From contig JANMQO010000043.1 of NCBI GenBank assembly GCA_031370565.1, positions 1 through 54,317 of the forward strand: DNA of 54,317 bases, in the 5' to 3' direction. How positions within the stretch are numbered: position 1 is the stretch's first letter; each line of letters begins with the position of its first letter. The position numbers and the translations under genes were made by a program. Below the pieces are notes generated by a model. It made no database searches. It saw only the letters and a program-made list of their open reading frames with translations, and was not told where the DNA came from. The DNA comes from Chloroflexota bacterium (lineage in GTDB: Bacteria; Chloroflexota; Limnocylindria; Limnocylindrales; CSP1-4). Shown here one piece after another: positions 18,354-26,354 of this stretch.

Positions 18354-18406
18354 GGGACACGGGACCAGGGACACGGGACCAGGGACACGGGACACGGGAC
18401 ACGGCG
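18354..18406. repeat. Tandem heptanucleotide repeat array C (GGGACAC/GGGACCA, about 7.5 copies)
   Basis: GGGACAC GGGACCA GGGACAC GGGACCA GGGACAC GGGACAC GGGACAC GG, immediately right of the inverted repeat and about 60 nt downstream of the aldehyde dehydrogenase stop. Confidence 0.9.
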
Positions 18407-18467
18407 CGCAGCACCGCGTCGGTGTCGCAGCGCAGGGCCGGCGTCGTCGCCCGTCGATGGTTCTCGA

Positions 18468-20048
18468 TCAGTCGACGACGGTGTGGCTCTGCTCGCGCAT
18501 GAACTGGGCCACGTAGTACATCGACAGGCCGGCCTTGCCGGTCGAGCCGGAGCCCTTCCAGCCGCCGAACGCCTGGACGCCCGGCCAGGCGCCGGTGGTG
18601 GCACCGGCGCGCCGGTTGACGTACAGCACGCCCGCCTCGACCGTGTCGAGGAACGTCTGGACCTCCGCCGCGTCCTCGCTGAAGATGCCGGCGGTCAAGC
18701 CGTAGATGCTCTCGTTGGACAGCCGGATCGCCTCTTCCAGGGAATCGACGGCGGCAACGGCGGTCAGCGGCGCGAACAGCTCGTCGCGGAACAGCCGGTG
18801 ATCCACTGGCAGGTTACCGACCACGGTCGGCTCGACGTAGAAGCCACGCTCCAGGCCGCGGTCGGTCAGGCGCTCGCCGCCGGTGAACACGGTGCCGGCC
18901 AGTCGGGCGTCGGCGACGGCGGCCTGATGGCGATCCACGGCACGCTCATCGATGACCGGGCCAAGCCAGTGCTCGCGCAGGAGTGGGTCGCCGATGGTCA
19001 GCTTGGCGCTCTTCTCGACGAGCAATCGGACCAGCTCGTCGTGGACGGGCCGCTCGACGTAGACCCGGCTGTTGGCCGAGCATTTCTGGCCGCCGAAGCC
19101 GAAGGCCGATCGGATGATCCCCTCGGCGGCCTCCTCGAGGTCCGCCTTGGCGGTCACGATGGCCGGGTTCTTGCCGCCCATCTCGACGATGCACGGCCGC
19201 GGGTAGCGGGTGGAGAACCGCTTGAACAGGTCGAAGCCAACCTCGTACGAACCGGTGAAGACGATCCCGTCGATGGCCTGATTCTCCTGGAGCTCCATGC
19301 CGACGGCGTCGCCGGGGCCCATGACCAGGTTGATCACGCCGTCGGGCACGCCCGCGTCACGGTACGCCTCGACCAGCTTCACGCCGCACAGCGGGGCGGT
19401 CGAGCTGGGCTTGAAGACGACCGTGTTGCCGGCCAGCAGCGCCGCGCTCGACGGTCCGGCGGACAGCGCCATCGGGAAGTTAAACGGGCTGATCACCGCA
19501 AACACGCCGAACGGACGCAGGATCGTCCGGGTGTGCACGGTGGCGTCACCCAGGTTGTCGAGCGGGTGGTCGTAGCCCTCGTTGCGCTCCATCGTGTCCG
19601 CGTAGTAGCGCAGCAGGTCGGCCGATTCCTCGACCTCGCCCAGCGCCTCGAGTCGGTTCTTGCCGACCTCGATGGCCATGATTGCCGCGTAGTCCATCTG
19701 GCGCTCGCTGATGAGCGCGGCCGCGCGGCGGACGATGGCCAGGCGCTCGCGCCAGGGCGTGGCGGCCCAGGCCGGCTGGGCGCTACGCGCGGCCGCGATG
19801 GCGTCGACGACGTCCCGGCGTGTGCCCCGGGCAAAGGTCCCCACCACGATGTCCGTGTCAATCGGCGAGCGCACGGTGATGACGCCCTCGCCATCACGCG
19901 GCTGGCCGCCGACCAGGTTCGGGTGGTAGCCACCGAGCGCAGCCCGAGCCCGCACGAGACCGGCCTCGAAGGCGGCGTGAAGCTGTTCGTTGTCGTTGCT
20001 GAGCGTCGCGTACGTGATCTTCAGACGCGGCGTGGCCTCGGTGGTCAT
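18468..20048 (-). CDS. Aldehyde dehydrogenase, L-glutamate gamma-semialdehyde (P5C) dehydrogenase-like
   Basis: ALDH catalytic motifs (VEMGGKNP, FGFGGQKCSANSR). RocA/PruA-like C-terminus (VNRRAGATTGAWPGVQAFGGWKGSGSTGKAG). ATG at 20048 (MTTEATPRLK) is preceded by GGGAG. Confidence 0.9.
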   Translation of the reverse strand: MTTEATPRLKITYATLSNDNEQLHAAFEAGLVRARAALGGYHPNLVGGQPRDGEGVITVRSPIDTDIVVGTFARGTRRDVVDAIAAARSAQPAWAATPWRERLAIVRRAAALISERQMDYAAIMAIEVGKNRLEALGEVEESADLLRYYADTMERNEGYDHPLDNLGDATVHTRTILRPFGVFAVISPFNFPMALSAGPSSAALLAGNTVVFKPSSTAPLCGVKLVEAYRDAGVPDGVINLVMGPGDAVGMELQENQAIDGIVFTGSYEVGFDLFKRFSTRYPRPCIVEMGGKNPAIVTAKADLEEAAEGIIRSAFGFGGQKCSANSRVYVERPVHDELVRLLVEKSAKLTIGDPLLREHWLGPVIDERAVDRHQAAVADARLAGTVFTGGERLTDRGLERGFYVEPTVVGNLPVDHRLFRDELFAPLTAVAAVDSLEEAIRLSNESIYGLTAGIFSEDAAEVQTFLDTVEAGVLYVNRRAGATTGAWPGVQAFGGWKGSGSTGKAGLSMYYVAQFMREQSHTVVD

Positions 20049-20215
20049 CGTGCGGCTCCCTGTGTCGCGGGTGCTGGTCGGGATCGTGGGACGTCCATTG
20101 GATCTATAGGTCGGATTGCCACGGCCGGATTGCCGGTCCATGGGGTCTGCCCCCGCGGCCCGCCCTGAACACGGCGAGGCTGTGGTCCGCAGTGTACCGC
20201 CGCTCCCTGCGTGGT

Positions 20216-20284
20216 TGGTCGGCCGTTGGTGGCCGTGGATCGGTTGTGGGTCGGCGACGGGTCGGGGCGGGTCGGTTGGGTCGG
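20216..20284. repeat. Phased G-rich degenerate repeats (G[GA]TCGG cores every 9-11 nt)
   Basis: Cores at 20216, 20238, 20248, 20259, 20269 and 20278. Lies between the HAD gene stop and the aldehyde dehydrogenase start. Confidence 0.7.
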
Positions 20285-20320
20285 GGCGGGCGGCGGGGCA
20301 GATCGTGGGGCGTCTGTCGT

Positions 20321-21220
20321 TCAAGTCAGAGCGGCGACCACCTCGGCGAGCGAGACGGCGATCGCGTCGGGTCGCCCACCGGCCCGGCCTCGGGGCGCCA
20401 GGCCGACGTCCTCAAGCGAATGCTTCCCGGTGAGCACGAGCACCCCGCGCAGCCCCACGCGCTGGGCCGCCAAAACGTCGGTTCGAATGTCATCGCCGAC
20501 CATCGCGATCTCACGCCGCAGCAGACGCCGACCGCCGCCCGCGCCAACCCGCCCACGCACCTCGGCGGCCAGCGCCGCAACAGCCTCCCGGAAGAAGACC
20601 GGCGAAGGCTTGCCGAGGATCCGCGCCGAGCGTTCCGTCGCGAACTCCAGGCCGGCCACGATCGCCCCCGAATCGATCGTCGGGCCGTGCGGCGTCAGCC
20701 ACCATGGGTTGCGATGCATGCCGACCAGCTCGGCGCCGGCGCGCACCAGGCGAAATGCCCGATTGAGGTTGTCGAAGGTCACCGCCTCGGGGGCATCGCC
20801 GATGACCACGGCGCTGGCGGTCGCGTCCGGGGCATCGGCCTCCTCGGCAGTCAGCAGGGACTGGCCCTCGAACTCGGTCAGGGCATCGGTTGAGGCCAGG
20901 ACGAACAGGCGTCCGTCGGGCCAGCGGCGGCGCGTGTAGGCGGCACTCGTCGAGAGCGCACTGGCGATCCGCTCGGGCGGCACGGGGCTGCCCATTCGCT
21001 GACTCCAGCGCGCCAGGCTGGCCCGGCTGACGAGCGACGTGTTGGTCACGATCCGGTAGGGCACACCCCGAGCCTGCAGCTCGGCCAGCGCCTCCCCTGC
21101 CCCGGGGATGAGCCCTTCCTTGAGCACGATCACGCCGTCCAGGTCGAGCAACAGCGCACGGACGCCAGTCAGCGCCGCGCGGAGTTCGGACGGGCGGTCT
21201 GGGGCCGGCATGCCCGGCAT
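20321..21220 (-). CDS. HAD-IIA family hydrolase (sugar-phosphatase-like)
   Basis: HAD motifs (LLLDLDGVI ... VTNTS ... MVGDDIRTDVLAAQRVGLRGVLVLTG). Confidence 0.8.
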   Translation of the reverse strand: MPGMPAPDRPSELRAALTGVRALLLDLDGVIVLKEGLIPGAGEALAELQARGVPYRIVTNTSLVSRASLARWSQRMGSPVPPERIASALSTSAAYTRRRWPDGRLFVLASTDALTEFEGQSLLTAEEADAPDATASAVVIGDAPEAVTFDNLNRAFRLVRAGAELVGMHRNPWWLTPHGPTIDSGAIVAGLEFATERSARILGKPSPVFFREAVAALAAEVRGRVGAGGGRRLLRREIAMVGDDIRTDVLAAQRVGLRGVLVLTGKHSLEDVGLAPRGRAGGRPDAIAVSLAEVVAALT

Positions 21221-21245
21221 GGTACCCGTCTGCTAGGCTCCGCGG

Positions 21246-22025
21246 ATGGGACTGCTCGACGGACGAACCGCGCTCATCTTTGGCGTCGCCAACGACCATT
21301 CGATCGCCTGGGGCATCGCCCAGGCGCTCCATGACGCGGGCGCCACCGTCGGCTTCAGCTCGATCGAAAGCCTGATCGACAAGCGCGTTCGACCGCTCGC
21401 CGAATCGATCGGGTCGACCTTCGTGGAGCCCTGCGACGTCCAGTCGGACGAGCAGATCCGGACGGTCTTCGAACGCTGGGGCGCTGGCCACGACCGGCTC
21501 GACATCTTGGTCCACGCCCTGGCGTTCGCCCGCAGAGAGGACCTGGAGGGCTCGTTTGTGGACACCTCCCGGACAGGGTTCAGCCTGGCCCTCGACGTCA
21601 GCGCCTATTCACTTGTGGCGCTCGTCCGGGAAGCGCGTCCGTACCTGCACGCCGGATCGAGCGTGCTCACCCTGTCCTACTACGGGGCGGAGAAGGTGGT
21701 CGGCCACTACAACGTGATGGGCGTGGCGAAGGCAGCCCTGGAGGCGTCCGTCCGCTACTTGGCTGCCGATCTGGGGCCGGACGGCGTGCGAGTGAACGCG
21801 ATCAGCGCCGGGCCGGTCCGAACGCTGGCGGCAGCCGGCATCTCAGGCTTCAAGAAAATGTACGGCGGGTTCGCCGAGCTGGCTCCGCTGCGGTCGAACA
21901 TCACGCCCGAGGATGTCGGAAAGACAGCCGTCTATCTCGCCTCGGACCTGTCCAGCGCGGTCACCGGCGAGGTGATCTACGTCGACGGTGGTTTCCACAT
22001 CATGGGCGTGCCCAGCTCCGACTGA
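21246..22025 (+). CDS. fabI: Enoyl-[acyl-carrier-protein] reductase (NADH)
   Basis: FabI pattern (ALIFGVANDHSIAWGIA ... LSYYGAEKVVGHYNVMGVAKAALE ... VRVNAISAGPVRTLAA). Confidence 0.9.
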   Translation: MGLLDGRTALIFGVANDHSIAWGIAQALHDAGATVGFSSIESLIDKRVRPLAESIGSTFVEPCDVQSDEQIRTVFERWGAGHDRLDILVHALAFARREDLEGSFVDTSRTGFSLALDVSAYSLVALVREARPYLHAGSSVLTLSYYGAEKVVGHYNVMGVAKAALEASVRYLAADLGPDGVRVNAISAGPVRTLAAAGISGFKKMYGGFAELAPLRSNITPEDVGKTAVYLASDLSSAVTGEVIYVDGGFHIMGVPSSD

Positions 22026-22090
22026 AGGCCGCCTGGCGTGGCACCTTCCCCGCCAGTCGGCGTCGGGTCGGCCCCGCGTTCCGCATGGCG

Positions 22091-22555
22091 TCAGCCCCGG
22101 CAGTCGGCGCAGCGGCCGACGATCGTCACGTGGGACAGGTCCACCTCGAACCCGCGGCTGGCCAGCAGCGCATCGACCAGCGCCGCGGCCTCCGCCGAGC
22201 CGAGCTCTGCCGTCTGGCCGCACCCGCCACAGTGCAGATGGCCGTGCTCAGCCGCCGGCAGGACGTGGAATTCCTCGCGACCGTCGGCACCATGGCCGTG
22301 TCGCACGAAGCCGAGATCCTCCAGCACGTCCAGTGTGCGGTAGACGGTCGACGGGATCGTCGTCGGGTCGAGTTGCCGGCAGCGTTCGATCAGCTCAGTG
22401 CCGGTGACGTGCCCGGTCGTCTGTGCCAGGACCGCGACCAACGTGCGACGCTGCGGCGTCCAGCGCAGGCCCATCGACCGAAGCCGAGACCGGACGGTGC
22501 CCCAATCCGCGGCAGGGCGCTCGCCGGGCGATCCCGAGGTGGCCCGTGCGCTCAC
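22091..22555 (-). CDS. Fur family metalloregulator (Fur/Zur/Nur type not resolved)
   Basis: Winged-helix plus His-rich site (HGHGADGREEFH..EHGHLHCGGCG ... GRCADC, two CxxC pairs). GTGA overlap with the upstream transporter stop. Confidence 0.85.
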   Translation of the reverse strand: MSARATSGSPGERPAADWGTVRSRLRSMGLRWTPQRRTLVAVLAQTTGHVTGTELIERCRQLDPTTIPSTVYRTLDVLEDLGFVRHGHGADGREEFHVLPAAEHGHLHCGGCGQTAELGSAEAAALVDALLASRGFEVDLSHVTIVGRCADCRG

Positions 22556-23568
22556 GTCGGGAGCGACCCGACCAGGTGCCCCAGGCTGGGCAGGACCCCC
22601 TGGAGCTGGAACAGGAACAGAAACCCGATGACCAGACTGAAGGTACCCGCAGCAACCCCGAAGACCACATAGATCCGCTGGCGAAGCTGGCTGGCGACGA
22701 ACCCGGTCGAGGTGAGCAGCACGATCAGCGAGTTGGACAGCAGCAGGCCCCCGATGAAGGCGACCAGCATCGGCACGCCGAGACCTGCGCCGGCCGCGCC
22801 ACCGACAGCGGCAATGATGAGCACCTGGGTCCCGGTTTCCGCGCCGATCCCGTGGATCATCCCGACGCCGAACGCCGTGCGCCGACCGTACGAGCTCATC
22901 TCCAGTGGCTCGACATGCTCATGCCCATGCAACCTGGCCTGCAAGCGACGGGACGCCAGACGGACCGAGTCGAACACGAGCATCCAGCGACTGCGCAGCC
23001 GAAACGCCGTCCCGTAGCGCAGGTACTGATAGAGCGACACAAACACCCAGACGCCGAGAACGACCAGGGTGAACCCGACCACGCGAGCCATGATCGGGTC
23101 GACCCAGGCGGGCAGGACCGCTCCGAAGGCCAGGGCCGCCAGACCGAGCGCGGCCACGACCAGGGCGTGGCCCAGAGCGTACAGCGTGCCCAGGGCGATG
23201 GCATGGCGCTGTTCGGCCATGAGCCTGGCCCGAGGTGGCGCCGGGAGCGCGGCCGGCAGGAGCGTCGCCCCGGCCATCGTCGCGGGCGCGACTCCCAGGT
23301 CGTGGGCGTGGATCTCGCTGGGGCCGCCGTGTTCGTGCTCGTGGTGACTGACGGCCTCATCAAGGACCCGGTGCTGCTCGCCGTGCACGGCGGACCCGGC
23401 ATCGGCGGTGGCGGTCGTCGAGGTGATGTCCGTGATCGCCGCGATGTGATCCCAGTCGATACCATGGCGAACCCCAAGCAGGACGGCCGTCACGAGCAAC
23501 CCGACGCCCTGTGGCGATGGGGCGCCAGCGAGTGCACTGACAGCGGAAGCAAGGAGTGACGCAGACAC
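22552..23568 (-). CDS. NiCoT-like (HoxN/NixA family) nickel/cobalt transporter-like membrane protein with His-rich loop
   Basis: HX4DH signature (RHGIDWDHIAAITD), His-rich loop (HGEQH..SHHEHEHGG..IHAHD), and a multi-TM profile. Co-operonic with the Fur-family gene. Confidence 0.6.
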   Translation of the reverse strand: MSASLLASAVSALAGAPSPQGVGLLVTAVLLGVRHGIDWDHIAAITDITSTTATADAGSAVHGEQHRVLDEAVSHHEHEHGGPSEIHAHDLGVAPATMAGATLLPAALPAPPRARLMAEQRHAIALGTLYALGHALVVAALGLAALAFGAVLPAWVDPIMARVVGFTLVVLGVWVFVSLYQYLRYGTAFRLRSRWMLVFDSVRLASRRLQARLHGHEHVEPLEMSSYGRRTAFGVGMIHGIGAETGTQVLIIAAVGGAAGAGLGVPMLVAFIGGLLLSNSLIVLLTSTGFVASQLRQRIYVVFGVAAGTFSLVIGFLFLFQLQGVLPSLGHLVGSLPT

Positions 23569-23678
23569 GGAGGCGACCTCTTCGAGTTGGGGCTGGGCGG
23601 GTTGATCGGTTTCCGGTGGGGCTGCCGTTTCGACCGGATCGTTGTTGGGTCGGCGGGGCCTGGTCGGGCGTTTGGATC

Positions 23679-23702
23679 GTTATTGCAACTTGTATCAATA
23701 GC
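23679..23702. promoter_or_regulatory. Candidate Fur-family operator (AT-rich imperfect palindrome)
   Basis: GTTATTGCAACTTGTATCAATAGC is an AT-rich island in GC-rich DNA, about 110 nt upstream of the transporter start. About 15 of 22 positions are self-complementary (TATTG...CAATA arms). Confidence 0.4.
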
Positions 23703-23919
23703 ATGGAGTGGCGGCCCCCTCTCGTCAATCCCCGTATGGGTACGCGCCAAGACCGGATCCGGATGCAGGCCACACCTGGGGCAGGCCGTTGCGCTCCAAT
23801 CTGGTCCCGCCGCGTAGGACCGACTCGAACGCCTGGCCGGGGGTCAGGTATGGTCGTCCGACGCACAGCGCTCGACGCGGCCGCTGCAGCTCGTTCCGCC
23901 ATGGAGCACGGAGAATCGG

Positions 23920-24303
23920 ATGAACGGCGACGCGCCCACGCTTGGTGCCCAGGCCAGAACCTGGCTCCGGATTGAAGGGCTGACTGCCTTCGCGGCGGGC
24001 GTCCTCGCCTACGGACGGCTGGGCGGCGAGTCGATCTGGCTCGTACCTGCATTCCTGGCTGTTGACCTGTCGATGGTCGGCTATCTCCGTGGGCCACGCC
24101 TCGGGGCGCTGACGTACAACATGGCCCACAACTGGGCGGTCGGGTTGGCCGTGCTCGGCGCGGGGCTCGTCACCGGCGTGGCGGTGGTCGCGCTGGTGGG
24201 CGCGGTCCTCATTGCACATACCGGTGCGGACCGTGCGCTCGGCTACGGACTCAAGCTGCCGACCGGGTTCCGCGACACCCACCTGGGACGAATCGGACGG
24301 TAG
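23920..24303 (+). CDS. Small integral membrane protein (DUF4260-like)
   Basis: 127 aa with 3-4 predicted TM segments. The motif ..NMAHNW..HTGADRALGYGLK.. recalls the DUF4260 family. Confidence 0.5.
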   Translation: MNGDAPTLGAQARTWLRIEGLTAFAAGVLAYGRLGGESIWLVPAFLAVDLSMVGYLRGPRLGALTYNMAHNWAVGLAVLGAGLVTGVAVVALVGAVLIAHTGADRALGYGLKLPTGFRDTHLGRIGR

Positions 24304-24481
24304 CTGGGCTCGGTGGCCGTCCGTCAGACGCAGCCGACCGGCCTGTGGCCCCGCATCGATCCGTGCAGCGGTGCACCGGATCGACGTGGGCGATCCGCCA
24401 TACCGGGTACCCTGTCCGAGACTCGTCGGAGAACGGCGCCAACCCGGCCGCCTCTCGCTTGTCCCCCCGCGGAGAACTCCG

Positions 24482-25411
24482 ATGACCGTCGAGTACGACG
24501 AGCGAGCGCTGCTCCTCGAGCTGGAGCCGGAAGCAGGCCGCCTCGTCGACCGCCACCTCAAGGTGGCCCAGGAATGGTTCCCCCACGAGTTCATTCCCTA
24601 TCGCCTTGGCCGCGACTTCGACAAGGAGCCTTGGACGCCCGACCAGCCGCGCCTGACCGGGGTGGCCCAGACGGCCTTCGAGATCGGCCTGCTGACCGAG
24701 GACAACCTGCCCAGCTACCACCGCCTGATCCACGGCATGTTCGGCGAGGGCGAGGGAGCCTGGATGACCTGGGTCGGCCGCTGGACGGCTGAGGAGGGTC
24801 GCCACGCCATCGTCCTGCGCGACTACCTGACGGTCACCCGCAACATCGATCCGGTCCTGCTCGAGCGCGGCCGCATGACCCAACTCCAGACCGGCTACGA
24901 CAAGCCCCAGGCGGACACGCTGCATGGGCTGGCCTACGTCGCATTCCAGGAGCTGGCCACCCGGATCGCCCATCGCAACACCGGGCGCTATTCGGACGAC
25001 CCGGTGGCGGACAAGATCATGGTCCGGATCGCGGCGGACGAGAACCTGCACATGGTGTTCTATCGGGACATCCTGGGCGAGGCGCTCAAGCTCGTGCCGT
25101 CGGCCACGGTCCGGGCGATTGTCGACGAGGTGCTCGCCTTCCAGATGCCGGGCGCCGGGATCCCGGGCTTCATCCGCAAGGCCGCCCAGATCGCCAAGGC
25201 CGGGATCTACGACATTCGGGTCCACCGTGACGAAGTGCTCATGCCGGTCATCAAGTACTGGCGGATCTTCGAGCTGACCGGGCTGGATGCCGCCGCCGAG
25301 GAGGCTCGCCACCGCCTGGCGGCGCACCTCGAGACGCTCGAGCAGGCCGCCCGGCGATTCGAGGAGAAGATGGCCGGTTCGCCGTTCCCGAGGATGACCC
25401 CCGCGGGTTGA
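24482..25411 (+). CDS. Acyl-ACP desaturase (soluble di-iron, DesA-like)
   Basis: Di-iron EExxH motifs (WTAEEGRHA, AADENLHM). ATG at 24482 is preceded by GGAGA. Confidence 0.9.
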   Translation: MTVEYDERALLLELEPEAGRLVDRHLKVAQEWFPHEFIPYRLGRDFDKEPWTPDQPRLTGVAQTAFEIGLLTEDNLPSYHRLIHGMFGEGEGAWMTWVGRWTAEEGRHAIVLRDYLTVTRNIDPVLLERGRMTQLQTGYDKPQADTLHGLAYVAFQELATRIAHRNTGRYSDDPVADKIMVRIAADENLHMVFYRDILGEALKLVPSATVRAIVDEVLAFQMPGAGIPGFIRKAAQIAKAGIYDIRVHRDEVLMPVIKYWRIFELTGLDAAAEEARHRLAAHLETLEQAARRFEEKMAGSPFPRMTPAG

Positions 25412-25589
25412 CCGGTGCAACCCGGCGGGAACCGGTGATTCCGGGCACCGCGCGCGCCGAGCACGCGCTCCGTCGTCGGGTGCGTTTCACTAGCCCACTT
25501 GGGTGACGGGCCACCCCCGAATGGGCCATAGGGTCCCGGTACTTTCGCGATGACGGTGCGGGTATCTCACCCCGCACGGAGCCATCGCC

Positions 25590-26165
25590 ATGACTGTCTG
25601 GTCCCGACGGCAGCACCCAGGGCAGGCCCAGGATGCCGCACCCCTAGCCGATTCGGCCATGCTCGCACGCCACTTTCTGGGCGGCTGGACGGAGGATTTC
25701 TTCGTCAGCGGCTACGCCCAGGGCGACGGTCGTCTGTCCGACCTGCTGAACGCCCGCCGACCGGTCCACGTGACCGAACCCAAGGTACGCGGCACGCGCG
25801 CCGGAGGCTGGCCGGCCAGGCCGAACGCCGAAATCACGATCGACCCCTTCGACTTTGAGCTGGTACTGGGCCACGCGCTCAACAGCGCGTGGCAGCCCGT
25901 GGCACAAGCTCGTCGGATCCACAAGGTCCGCTATCCGGTCCGCGTCCGGGGCGATGGGTTCGACCTGACCGGCACGATCCACCTGTTCGCCGGCAACTCC
26001 CCCGAACACGCGTTTCATCGAACGGGCCAGCTCTTCCTGCCCATCACCGGGGCGGTCGTCCGACGAGACGGACGACTCGTCAGCGACCGCTTCACGGATG
26101 TGGTCCTGGTCAACCGCTACGCCATCCGAACCATCCAGCAGCTGGACAGCCCGGTCGTTCACTGA
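25590..26165 (+). CDS. Hypothetical protein (no family recognised)
   Basis: 191-aa ORF with coding-like G/C third positions. GGAG lies 8 nt upstream of the ATG. Confidence 0.5.
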   Translation: MTVWSRRQHPGQAQDAAPLADSAMLARHFLGGWTEDFFVSGYAQGDGRLSDLLNARRPVHVTEPKVRGTRAGGWPARPNAEITIDPFDFELVLGHALNSAWQPVAQARRIHKVRYPVRVRGDGFDLTGTIHLFAGNSPEHAFHRTGQLFLPITGAVVRRDGRLVSDRFTDVVLVNRYAIRTIQQLDSPVVH

Positions 26166-26354
26166 GCGGTCCCGTCGCCAACCGGTACCTCCGGCGGCGC
26201 GGCCCGGGACCTATGACCCTCCCCGATCCGGCGACCGGACCCGGTGGTACCGGGACTGTTGGTCGAGCCACGACGCTGCAGTCCGCACTCGAATTCCGGG
26301 GGTATTTCCCCATCCAGCCAAGACGCACCACAACCGACTGAGAGGGAACGCTCG

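Noticed and set aside
25590-26165. PilZ (c-di-GMP binding) domain in the hypothetical protein, suggested by RRIHKVR and DLTGT.
   Set aside because: The spacing does not match RRxxxR (an extra residue) or [DN]xSxxG (Thr instead of Ser, and Gly misplaced). There is no further support.
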